From: Candidatus Bruticola sp.
GTDB lineage: Bacteria > Vulcanimicrobiota > Xenobia > Xenobiales > Xenobiaceae
Length of the DNA: 64,000 nt
Assembly (NCBI GenBank): GCA_051874735.1
Contig: JBJEGD010000004.1
Coordinates: 96,001-160,000, forward strand
Reading direction: 5' to 3'
Of this stretch, positions 46,344 to 55,614 are shown one piece after another. Position numbers and translations under genes: made by a program. The notes beneath the pieces were generated by a model, which was given only the letters and a program-made list of their open reading frames with translations, did not search any database and had not been told where the DNA came from. The number at the start of each line of letters is the position of its first letter. The stretch's first letter is position 1.

Positions 46344-49300
46344 CTATATGGGCTTTCTGTCTTGTTGCCAGCGCGCTTCTAGCCATTGAGCCAGACCAGG
46401 AGGGACAATTTTAGCAACAGCTGATTTTAAATCGAGACCTTTCTTCATGTATTCAATAATTTTATACTTCCAGGATGACCAGCTGTTTTCCAAATCGCGA
46501 AGCATGTCTGCTTGTAGATGTACAATTTGCTTGTTAAGCTGCAGTTTATAAAAAGACGACTTGGGATTATCTAAGTATGAAGTGCTGGCCTGATTGTCTG
46601 GAGCCATAGCCTCCAACCAGGCGCTAATTCCTTGAGAATTGATCTGCTCTTGGCGCCATTTACCCAATTCATTATAAAAGCGCCCTTCGAATATCAGGGC
46701 TTCTACGGGATTGGCAAATACTTGGAGACAGGCCCTAACTGAAGTTAGATCGTGCCATTTGTTACTAGTCAAGCGCAGTTCATCATCGGAAGAATTAAAG
46801 TTCTCCTTTTCCTGCAGCACACCGAATTTGAAAGCTGCAGCCAGCAAGTTGACTGCACTCATATAAGTGCGCTTATCAACAGTTATAAGCGAATTAAATT
46901 TGATATCTTTGCGTATTTGCACTGCCCGTGTATTGCGGACTAAAGAGGTTAGGTAGGCGTCTTTGTAGTCTGAAAGCTCTAAATCATTTAAAGTAAAGCC
47001 GCTGAAGATTTCGACTATGTCTATAGTTTCAAATTCGGGCTCATCGATGAACGATATCGGAAGTGAAGAACTCGTTGCGCTCAAGGCCTGATTTAGAGTT
47101 TTGGCTTGATTTTGACGTTCGCTTTGATTTTGATCTGAGGCTACCGGTTGGGGATTGAGGCAGTATGAGGCTAATATTTGCTTTTGAGCTGCGTCATCCG
47201 TGGTGTTTAATGGTTGGGTATAACAGAAATAGGAAGAAATTTCGTTATTTATAGCTGTCAGCTTGCGGCTGAGTTTATCTCCGGGATAGCGGGATAAAAA
47301 TTCACCGGCAGGTTGAGGCTCATCTATAGGGTACAGATTAGTTACTATGCGGTTCAGTTCAGAAATCCATTCTTCTTGCGTATAGTTTTGCGGTAGATCG
47401 AGTAAATTAAAATTGGTCACCTGATCGAGAGCTTTTATAAGAAGCATGAGATCTGGAGGCGAGGAATGGGCTGCAATAAAGCTGACGGCCTCTTGCTTAG
47501 AAATTAAGGGTTCATCGCTGTCCTCTAAAACCTGATTATATAAATGGCGGTTTGAGTTTTTTAAATGAGTTAATGATTCATCTAAGAAGCTGCGCAGTTG
47601 TTCGAGCTTTTTTACTGTTTGGTCGCAGACGCCAATCATGTTGAAAAAAGCATTTACTTCTTCTCGGCCTACATAGCTGATAAAAACGTTTTTATAATAT
47701 TCGGCAATAACTTTTCCCGCTTCTTTAAGTGGAGTGAAGTCTACTTGCCGGGTGAGTTTTTTCCACAGTGAAGGTTTAAAGGAGGCCAGATCACTGATCG
47801 CTTGGTTTTTCAATTCCTCTAGGCGTATTATTTCTGATTTTGCACTATTAGTACGTTCGTGTAGAGCACTCAGACTGAAAGAAAGTTGTTTATTTATTTC
47901 TTCGGCCATATGGTGCATAGTTATACCGTTATGCTGTCGGTTTACCGTATCACTTACAGCATTGCTCATGCCTACTATAAAATCGTCGCTGAGGTCTTTA
48001 GTTACGGATGACAAAGCACTGAAAAATTCTGGTTTAGTTTCGCAGCTAACTGCCAGCTCTTTTAGTTCTTGATCGAAGGCTTGGCAGTATTTTACTAATT
48101 CGTCTCCGTATATGGGATTCTGGTACAGGGGCTCGAGTTTATTCTTTATAAATGAATCTGAGTCGTAAATACCACCTTCAGTATGACACCAGCACTCAGT
48201 ATAACGCTTATGTACTTCGAAAGAGTCCAGATGGCGGGACTTAATAAAATCTTTACCTAATTCGGTTCCGCGGATACTGTTCTGATCCAGATCCTGTTCA
48301 AAAAATAAATTGAATAATTTTGAAACAACCGTTTGACTAGATAAAAGGCGGGCCACAGTAGCAATTTTGCGAGCTGGATAAGCTATTTGGTAAGAATGAA
48401 GATCAGCGTAGCTACTGCTTTTACTATTTTGGTAAAAAGAAATTGAGGCCTTTTCTCTTTGTTCTTTATTTTGAGCTTCAGTTAACTGTTGCTGCAGAAC
48501 TCGATACAGCTTGTCTCCTTCTAGGTTCCAATAAGTAAGGCGCACTAGAATATGGGATAAGGATCGCCATTCTTTTTCATCGTTAAATTTATCTAGGCTG
48601 TTGAAGATAACTGAATCGTAAGCAGGCTGATTAAACACTTTGAGATTAACCGAATTTTTAGATTTGGGGACTGTCTGTTCCGTGTGCACTTCTTGGCTAT
48701 GGTTTTGCTCTTGGCCCAGTCCGGGGTTAATATTGCGAACATTTTCTGCTAGACATATGTCTAATTTGGCTAGGATCTCTGCTGTGCTTTCATCGCGTTT
48801 GTTGGCTTTGCTTTCATCTTCCGGAATTTCCCACTGCTCAATTTCTGCAAAATCGCAGGCGAAGTCATAGGCTGACCCGCTCATCCAGTGGTCTAGTTCA
48901 ATCAAACTCGCATAAACATTTGCCGCCGCTGCTTCAGATTCCGGCATAGTTTGGGAGTAAGGAAGCAGGGCGGCAACTTCTCCCTTAAGGTTTAATTCCT
49001 CAAGCTGCAGGCGAATTAAGTAAGCTAGATCGGCATGAGCGGCGCCGGTACCTCCGCCTAATGAAGCACAGACAATAATTTTGAGACATAAATTTTCTTC
49101 TGATCTGTGCTCTTGAGTAAGTTCTATAAGAGCGTCTTTGATAGCTTGGGACGCTTGGGCGATATTAATAATAAAAGCCAGGCGGCCTAAAGCTCTACAG
49201 CCGAAAAGTCCGCTGCCAGACTCGATAGTCATAGGAAAATTAGGCAGCCAACCGTTCAAAACGGGCGATTGAGAGCGCATCTGAATGGCTCGGGAAGCTT

Positions 49301-49493
49301 TGGCAGTATCTAGGAAAATAGTTTTAAGTAGCGGAGAGTGGGGAAAGGAATCAAGTAGCGATTTAGTTGTGTCTAAAAGCAAACCTCTGATCGAATCAGT
49401 ATAAGACTCTTCCATAGTGCTTATGGCTTTATTCACAGCTTGACAGCCTATGTTGCCTAAACCTACAAATAAAAATTTGGCAGTGTTTTTCAC
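46344..49493 (-). CDS. Tubulin/FtsZ-like (Tubulin_2-type) domain protein with a long helical C-terminal region
   Basis: FVGLGNIGC, G..G.RALGRLAF, IVCASLGGGTGA, D+AY+IR and ANVYASLIEL motifs; coiled-coil-like middle region. Confidence 0.75.
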   Translation of the reverse strand: MKNTAKFLFVGLGNIGCQAVNKAISTMEESYTDSIRGLLLDTTKSLLDSFPHSPLLKTIFLDTAKASRAIQMRSQSPVLNGWLPNFPMTIESGSGLFGCRALGRLAFIINIAQASQAIKDALIELTQEHRSEENLCLKIIVCASLGGGTGAAHADLAYLIRLQLEELNLKGEVAALLPYSQTMPESEAAAANVYASLIELDHWMSGSAYDFACDFAEIEQWEIPEDESKANKRDESTAEILAKLDICLAENVRNINPGLGQEQNHSQEVHTEQTVPKSKNSVNLKVFNQPAYDSVIFNSLDKFNDEKEWRSLSHILVRLTYWNLEGDKLYRVLQQQLTEAQNKEQREKASISFYQNSKSSSYADLHSYQIAYPARKIATVARLLSSQTVVSKLFNLFFEQDLDQNSIRGTELGKDFIKSRHLDSFEVHKRYTECWCHTEGGIYDSDSFIKNKLEPLYQNPIYGDELVKYCQAFDQELKELAVSCETKPEFFSALSSVTKDLSDDFIVGMSNAVSDTVNRQHNGITMHHMAEEINKQLSFSLSALHERTNSAKSEIIRLEELKNQAISDLASFKPSLWKKLTRQVDFTPLKEAGKVIAEYYKNVFISYVGREEVNAFFNMIGVCDQTVKKLEQLRSFLDESLTHLKNSNRHLYNQVLEDSDEPLISKQEAVSFIAAHSSPPDLMLLIKALDQVTNFNLLDLPQNYTQEEWISELNRIVTNLYPIDEPQPAGEFLSRYPGDKLSRKLTAINNEISSYFCYTQPLNTTDDAAQKQILASYCLNPQPVASDQNQSERQNQAKTLNQALSATSSSLPISFIDEPEFETIDIVEIFSGFTLNDLELSDYKDAYLTSLVRNTRAVQIRKDIKFNSLITVDKRTYMSAVNLLAAAFKFGVLQEKENFNSSDDELRLTSNKWHDLTSVRACLQVFANPVEALIFEGRFYNELGKWRQEQINSQGISAWLEAMAPDNQASTSYLDNPKSSFYKLQLNKQIVHLQADMLRDLENSWSSWKYKIIEYMKKGLDLKSAVAKIVPPGLAQWLEARWQQDRKPI

Positions 49494-49564
49494 TTTGTTT
49501 TATTCTCTCCACTCTACGGGGTAGTAATACAAGGCATACGGTGGCAAAATCGCCACGGTTAAAA

Positions 49565-50347
49565 TTAATTGAGCAAATTCAATAAACGCTTGCCGAAAAG
49601 GTTACAGGCGTTGGCTGATGTCTGCTCAGCCAAGGCTTCAGGGGTTATGCCCCGCAGATTGGCAATGTAATCTAGCGTGTATTTAATCCAGGCCGGATGA
49701 CATACTCGCCCTCTTTGGGGAATAGGTGCCAGATAAGGGCCGTCTGTTTCAATAAGTAGCCTATCCGCGGGACATTTTGCTGCTATTTCTGCGACATTTT
49801 TAAGCTTAGGAAAAGTTACCATTCCTGTTATGCCGATATAAAAACCTAAATTTAAGTAATCCTGTGCTGTCTGCCAGTCGGAGCTGCAGCAATGCACAAC
49901 CCCACCGGCTGTGGGCTTGCCGAATTTATAAATAAAATTCAGCATATCCTGGTCAGCTTCACGAATATGGAGAATTACTGGTAACTTCGCTTTCTCCGCT
50001 AAAGCAAAGTTCGCCTGTAGACATTTTTGTTGCTGCTGTGGAGAAGAAAAACTGTAATGATAATCCAGGCCTATTTCTCCTACAGCAACAGCTTGTGGCA
50101 GTAATCGCTCTATTTGTTCCAGATTATACTGATTAAGCTTGTCGGCCTCATGAGGATGTATTCCCACTGCAGGAAGAATTGCTGTTTCTTGTTGGCTCAT
50201 CATAACTGCGCTTTCCGAAGAAGGCAGGTCTGTGCCTGGAACAATAAAAGCCTTGAGGCCGCTGCTTTTGCCTTCTGCTATAAGTTGTTGCCAATTATCC
50301 TTGTATTCTTCGCTGTTAAGATGAATATGAGTGTCTACAATATGCAT
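49565..50347 (-). CDS. tatD: TatD-family DNase (YcfH-like)
   Basis: VDTHIHL, GIHPH, VGEIGLDY, LHIREA, VVHC and IETDGPYLAP motifs. Confidence 0.92.
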   Translation of the reverse strand: MHIVDTHIHLNSEEYKDNWQQLIAEGKSSGLKAFIVPGTDLPSSESAVMMSQQETAILPAVGIHPHEADKLNQYNLEQIERLLPQAVAVGEIGLDYHYSFSSPQQQQKCLQANFALAEKAKLPVILHIREADQDMLNFIYKFGKPTAGGVVHCCSSDWQTAQDYLNLGFYIGITGMVTFPKLKNVAEIAAKCPADRLLIETDGPYLAPIPQRGRVCHPAWIKYTLDYIANLRGITPEALAEQTSANACNLFGKRLLNLLN

Positions 50348-50726
50348 TTGCAGTAACAAGTTCTTTCTCGGCACCTTAGTTTTTATAGGCCGCTGCAGTT
50401 AGAACTGCGGATAGAAAAATATATTTGAAGTTATAAATTCAGTTTTTAGGAACTAAATTTATTATAAAAAAAGTTTCTATACAGATACTTTCTTACCTTG
50501 CTTAAAGGTTATAATGCCTAACGTTAGCCCTGTATATCTTTATCACAAATAACGGCATCGTCTATTTTTTATTATTAGAAAAGATAAAAAACTCCCAAAT
50601 GACATGTTAGTTAGCGACTGAAATTTTGCTTGAAGGCTGGCAGAAGGCTAAGAAAGATTATAGAGAGAAGGTACCTTTAATATATTAAAATAATATTTGA
50701 TTATCGATTAGTTCTGTGAGAAAAAT

Positions 50727-52994
50727 ATGCCAGGGTGGGATAATTTGGCATTATCGGCGATTATGTACAAAAATTTATGGATTTTTACATTTTTAATTGC
50801 TTGTTTATTATGTTTAGTAGCTGTCCGGAGTGCATGGGCTGAGCCTGCTGGGGATAATGATGGAGTGTCTCCTGTTTTGATTAAAATTCCCGATGACTCT
50901 ATTGAGGAAAAGGCTCAGCCCATAACTAGTTCTTCGAGTTCAAAAACTTCTGTATCTCAGAGTGCTCCTGCTAAAGAAGCGCCTGCTGCTAAAAATACCT
51001 CCAAAAGCAAGGTCAAAACTTCCACCAGCAGTAAAAAAGCATCCCGAACTTCTGGAGGCTTTCCGTGGGGGAAAAAATATAGCCGCACCAGTTTAAAAAA
51101 ACATCGGGCCCCTTCTGTACCAGCACCTACTGAAGCTCCTTCACCATATAAGAATGGTAAAAATACCTCAGACTCTGATACTTCATCAGGTAACGTCAAA
51201 AAAGCCTCTGGAGCTTCGGCTACGATAAATAATGTTAGAAAAGGACGGAATATCAGCTCTAAACAAGCATCTTCAGATTTGCCTGCTCAAATTGTAATTG
51301 GTCCGCCTAAAAATATTACTGTTCTGGCCAAGGGACGAACTTATCCTTTATCGATCCGCACAACCGGCATTGAAGACGAATATTTTGTACCTATCGAAGC
51401 TGCCGGGATAAAATCGATTGCTTCTCTATTTGGAGCTTCGTCTTGGATTTGGAGTAAGGAGAGCCAGACTTTAAGTGTAACAAAAAACGGACGTACCAAT
51501 ACTTTAAAAGTAGATCAGTTAAAGTTAGCTGACGAGTTGGGAGGGCGAACGCTCGATGTTGGTATTAGAGAGATAAACGGTCAATACTGCTGTCCTATTT
51601 CTATTTTAGAAGATTTCTTAGATGTACGTGTAACCGTTGATGGAACTAAAGGTAAAGGTTGGATTGAACCTTTAATTACTTCGGTGCGTTTAGACGGCAG
51701 CGGGTCTAATCTAACACTTAATGTTAATGCTAGCGCGCCAGTTTCTTTCTCTACTTTTAAATTGTCTAAGCCAGATCGTTATGTTATCGATATAGATGGT
51801 GGTGTTTTAGATACTTCCAGTTTGAGAGTAAATCATCCCGAAATTGGGGATATTCGTTTAGGCCAGTTTACCTTAGGACCGGCTGTGTCGCGTATCGTCG
51901 TGCCTACAAACACTAAACTGAATATTACCCCTCCAGTCAGCCGCACGGGAACTGATTTTAAGTTCGCCATCAGCTTACCTAGAGCTTCAGTGGCTCAATA
52001 TAAAAATGAAAAGGTTACCAGCTGTGAAGTCGGCCGTTTTGGAAGTTCAGGCAACGTCAGTAGTAGCGTTACTATCGGTTTCAGCGGTCCTGTAATGTAT
52101 GAGTGGCAGCGCCTGGCCGAGAATAAAAACCGATTCGTCATCGACTTTAAACGGGTAATTTTTCCTGAGAATAAAATTTCCAAAAAAATATCTGGCAAGC
52201 TGGTTGAACAGGTTCGCATTTCTCAGTATGCAGCTAAACCTGTGCCTATAACGCGCGTAGTTCTCGATTTGAGCGATGCTGCTGGAGTTAAAGTGAGTTC
52301 AGGGCGTACGGCTAACAGCATATGTTTAGAAATTTCAGAGGACAAGATAAATCTTGATACGGCGGCTATGAGCGGTTCTGGCAGTCTGAGCAGTACTTAT
52401 GCCTATACTAATGCAGGAGGTGGCAAAACTGTCTGTATAGACGCCGGACATGGCGGCTCAGACTCCGGATGTGTAAGCGGTGCTTACGGTTATATGGAAA
52501 AGGATATTACTTTAGATATATGTATGAAGTTAGCAGACAACCTGCGACGTCGTGGCTGGAACGTAATTTTAACTAGAGAGACTGATCGTGACGTCACTTG
52601 GGCCGGCTCTTCTAATAGCCAGGAATTGGGAGCGCGTGTAGATATTGGGGCCAAGGGAGGGGCCGATATTTTTGTAAGCGTTCACTGCAATGCGGCTGCT
52701 TCAAGTTCTGCTGAAGGTACTTCTTTGCACGTTTACAAACGTAGCGACCGAGCGTTGGCTGAATGTATGCATCCTCATATTATGAAAGCTTCCGGGCGCT
52801 ATGACCGCGGTATTCAACAGGATCGCTTTTTCGTTTTAGTTCATTCGCAGATGCCTGCGGTGTTAGTAGAAACAGCCTTTTTAAGTAACAGCACAGAAGC
52901 ACGCCTTTTAGGAGATCCTAATTACCGTCAATCTATAGCTGATGGTTTGGCTGATGGTATATGTTCTTATGCCTCTAGATATTTGCATAAGTAG
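50727..52994 (+). CDS. N-acetylmuramoyl-L-alanine amidase (Amidase_3) with AMIN domains
   Basis: IDAGHGG, EKDITL, FVSVHCNA and PAVLVETAFL motifs; AMIN-like PDRYVIDI / RFVIDF..RVVLDL; signal peptide (start may be ATG 50763). Confidence 0.9.
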   Translation: MPGWDNLALSAIMYKNLWIFTFLIACLLCLVAVRSAWAEPAGDNDGVSPVLIKIPDDSIEEKAQPITSSSSSKTSVSQSAPAKEAPAAKNTSKSKVKTSTSSKKASRTSGGFPWGKKYSRTSLKKHRAPSVPAPTEAPSPYKNGKNTSDSDTSSGNVKKASGASATINNVRKGRNISSKQASSDLPAQIVIGPPKNITVLAKGRTYPLSIRTTGIEDEYFVPIEAAGIKSIASLFGASSWIWSKESQTLSVTKNGRTNTLKVDQLKLADELGGRTLDVGIREINGQYCCPISILEDFLDVRVTVDGTKGKGWIEPLITSVRLDGSGSNLTLNVNASAPVSFSTFKLSKPDRYVIDIDGGVLDTSSLRVNHPEIGDIRLGQFTLGPAVSRIVVPTNTKLNITPPVSRTGTDFKFAISLPRASVAQYKNEKVTSCEVGRFGSSGNVSSSVTIGFSGPVMYEWQRLAENKNRFVIDFKRVIFPENKISKKISGKLVEQVRISQYAAKPVPITRVVLDLSDAAGVKVSSGRTANSICLEISEDKINLDTAAMSGSGSLSSTYAYTNAGGGKTVCIDAGHGGSDSGCVSGAYGYMEKDITLDICMKLADNLRRRGWNVILTRETDRDVTWAGSSNSQELGARVDIGAKGGADIFVSVHCNAAASSSAEGTSLHVYKRSDRALAECMHPHIMKASGRYDRGIQQDRFFVLVHSQMPAVLVETAFLSNSTEARLLGDPNYRQSIADGLADGICSYASRYLHK

Positions 52995-53095
52995 AACTGC
53001 AGGGAAACTGAGCTTTTGCTGAGTTGCGATGTCCCTTTCAAATAAAGGCAGGCAGGAAGCCATGTTCTATCTGCTGAATGGTGGAGGCTATGAAT

Positions 53096-54826
53096 ATGAA
53101 TAGCTCGGAACGCCTCCAAGCAGCTTTGGCGGGGGCAGAGGTCGACAGGCCTCCTTTTTCTTTTTGGTACAATTTTGGTTTGCAACATATGTCTGGCGAT
53201 GCAGTCGCCGATATCCATATCGCTTTTGCCAGACGTTTTGAACTCGATTATCTTCGGGTTATGAACTCCTATCCTTATCCTTTATCGAGTCTGCGCAGTT
53301 TTGATAAAGCCAGTGATTTTCTGCAGATTCCTAGTATTGTAGCTGAAGAAGGATTTTGGGGACATCAGTTGCGCGCTTTAGATAAAATAGTGCGCTATTT
53401 TAAAAATCAGATATGGGTGGTAGATTCTGTTGATAGTCCTTGGACAGTTTTATGTAAGCTGTCTAGCCCTGAGATGGTTTTAAACGCTGCTCGTCGCCGT
53501 CCGGAAATAATTAAAGCTGTTCTTGACGTAATTTCTTCTTCTCAAGCTAAATATGTAGCCAAAGCTATCGATATAGGTGTCAACGGCATCTTTTTCACCT
53601 TAACAGAGGCTGCTTACGATATATTGGATCCTCTAAGTCATGAGGAATTATGCCAACCTTACAATAATAGAGTTTTGGAAGCTGCCGCTTCTGCTCCGTT
53701 TAATATTTTGCGTATTGACAGCAAGCGTCTCTATTTTGATACTCTGAAATCTTATCGTACTCAAGTCGTGAGCTGGCCTCATTTTTCTGTAAAGCAGTCG
53801 TTACGCGGCGGTGCTAGCGAGTGGAAACGCTCTGTTATCGGAGGCATTAATCACGAAACTATCGCCCACGAAAGTCCCAATAATATAAACGCTTATTTTG
53901 AAAAATACGCCGAAGAATTTTTCCAGCCCAACATTATTATCGGCCCAAGTGGTATCCTGCCTTCTGACATATCGCCTTATGTTTTAGACGGCATAGGAGA
54001 TGCTGTTAGAAGATTGCCAGGATTAGGACGTTTCCTGCGCAATTCTGTGGCTAGAGAGAAAGAAGCTGAGCATAAGCTCAATATGGAAGAATATTACAGC
54101 TCTAGGCCTGTTAAAGAAGAACTGCGCAACTACAGCCGCCGTGAAAAAACGTTGGTGCGTGCTGATGGTTTTACTGAAGAGCTTTCTGAAGGTAAGTCTG
54201 ATAGAGAAGAGGCCGCTGGGCTGTCTTTAGATAATCAAGATTTTTCTGATTCTGAAGCTCCGGTAGCTCAGAATATAAATACTCAAGCTGAAGAGGCGTC
54301 GGAGGAACCTAACGGAACAGCTGCCTCTGAAAATGAACCTGTCAGATCGGGAAGAGCGCCTCGCTGGGCTGCTCGTTTAGTCAGGCGTGATTATGAACGA
54401 GAAGATGGGGCTGAATATTCCTCTAAATTATCCAAAGATGATCCTCGCCGTTTCGATATGGCTTATAGGCAAAATGATAAGAGCGGACGCCGTGGCGATA
54501 ATGAGCAACGTAGTGAGCGTCCGGCCGGTCGCAGGGAAGGTCGCCGTGGAAGTAGTTCCTCCAACCGCGACGGTCAACGCATCAGTCGTGCCAAACAATT
54601 CCGTGAAGGTGGGCGTCGTTCCAGCAGTTCCTTTGTCAAGAACTCTGAACGCAGAGAGCGCTTCAGTTCAAAGCGAGCTGGCCGCGATGATTATCACACT
54701 GAGCGTTTTGGCGGCAGAGAAGGGCGTTACAGTAAAAATAGCAACAGTTATAAGGGACGCCGTGAGCGTCAAAATAGCGGCGGTGGAGTAAAGAGAATTC
54801 GCATCACTCGCGATCGTCGATCTTAA
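53096..54826 (+). CDS. URO-D/MtaA-like fold protein fused to a long acidic and Arg-rich disordered tail
   Basis: ERLQAALAG..VDRPPFSFW, SPWTV, GVNGIFF and VIGGI motifs. The last ~270 aa are low-complexity. GGAGG at 53083-53087. Confidence 0.75.
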   Translation: MNSSERLQAALAGAEVDRPPFSFWYNFGLQHMSGDAVADIHIAFARRFELDYLRVMNSYPYPLSSLRSFDKASDFLQIPSIVAEEGFWGHQLRALDKIVRYFKNQIWVVDSVDSPWTVLCKLSSPEMVLNAARRRPEIIKAVLDVISSSQAKYVAKAIDIGVNGIFFTLTEAAYDILDPLSHEELCQPYNNRVLEAAASAPFNILRIDSKRLYFDTLKSYRTQVVSWPHFSVKQSLRGGASEWKRSVIGGINHETIAHESPNNINAYFEKYAEEFFQPNIIIGPSGILPSDISPYVLDGIGDAVRRLPGLGRFLRNSVAREKEAEHKLNMEEYYSSRPVKEELRNYSRREKTLVRADGFTEELSEGKSDREEAAGLSLDNQDFSDSEAPVAQNINTQAEEASEEPNGTAASENEPVRSGRAPRWAARLVRRDYEREDGAEYSSKLSKDDPRRFDMAYRQNDKSGRRGDNEQRSERPAGRREGRRGSSSSNRDGQRISRAKQFREGGRRSSSSFVKNSERRERFSSKRAGRDDYHTERFGGREGRYSKNSNSYKGRRERQNSGGGVKRIRITRDRRS

Positions 54827-54851
54827 GGTCTTCTATTTATATGTTGATTAA

Positions 54852-54884
54852 GCAGCCTCGAATTTGAAAGAATTCTGAGGCTGC
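54852..54884. terminator. Hairpin terminator between convergent genes
   Basis: gcagcctc-gaatt ... aattc-t-gaggctgc. Confidence 0.6.
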
Positions 54885-54909
54885 CTTTAGTTTTGAGCTA
54901 GTATCAGTC

Positions 54910-55449
54910 CTAGCGTGTTTTATGGACTGTCGCTGTCGGGAGTATTGGGGCCAGATAACGTAGCGACCAGATGATTAACCAAGTATATACGGGTATATGA
55001 AACAGTTGAGCTGGCAAAGAAGCCCAACTAATTAAATGCCAAGTATGTAACCAGCTTTCGGTAGGTTGGAAGAGCATATGTTGAAATATAGGCACCATAA
55101 AGAACTTAGTAATTATTTGTCCAGTGGCTACAGCAGCTAGCATTCTCAACCAAGATATATTGTGCTTATTTAAAAGTTTGGCAGGTATATATCCAGTTAA
55201 TCCTTGAGTGATGGTAAAACCGGGGAAATAAGGGCCGCTGGGAAATATAACCCATCCTAAAATATCACTTATAGCCCCCACCCAGAATCCCGCTTCTGCT
55301 CCCAAAATAAAACCTGAGAGAATAATAGGAAAAGCTACAAACCTAAAAAAACCGTGAAAAATAGGCGGGGTCGGTAGGGCTCGCAGAGTAAGAGTAATGG
55401 CGATAAAAACAGCCATGTAGGTTATTTTAGAAATTTTAGAAGCAGGCAA
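54910..55449 (-). CDS. folT: ECF transporter S component, folate (FolT) family
   Basis: ITYMAVFIA, PIILSGFILG..AGFWVGAISDILG and P.GPYFPGFTIT..LTG.IP motifs. Confidence 0.8.
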   Translation of the reverse strand: MPASKISKITYMAVFIAITLTLRALPTPPIFHGFFRFVAFPIILSGFILGAEAGFWVGAISDILGWVIFPSGPYFPGFTITQGLTGYIPAKLLNKHNISWLRMLAAVATGQIITKFFMVPIFQHMLFQPTESWLHTWHLISWASLPAQLFHIPVYTWLIIWSLRYLAPILPTATVHKTR

Positions 55450-55614
55450 GGAATTTATGACATATTTATTTTAGATTGGGGAACAAACATTTTTATTATA
55501 TATTAATTAGAGTCAGGGGGAACAGTTTTACTATGTTGGTAACTATTACTTGTTGTGATTTATTGAAAAAATTGTGAGAACTGGAACCGAAAGAATAAGC
55601 TGAGAGCGTGTAGC

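Noticed and set aside
46344-49493. FtsZ or phage PhuZ
   Set aside because: Far too long, the motifs fit the Tubulin_2 type, and there is no division or phage gene context.
15662-50347. Two TatD paralogs
   Set aside because: Multiple TatD paralogs per genome are common.
54387-54791. Alternative-frame 134-aa ORF within the URO-D tail
   Set aside because: By-product of CGT/CGC-rich codons in the main frame; no SD or recognisable domain.
55450-55614. THF riboswitch upstream of folT
   Set aside because: Short AT-rich divergent promoter region with no recognisable aptamer or terminator.
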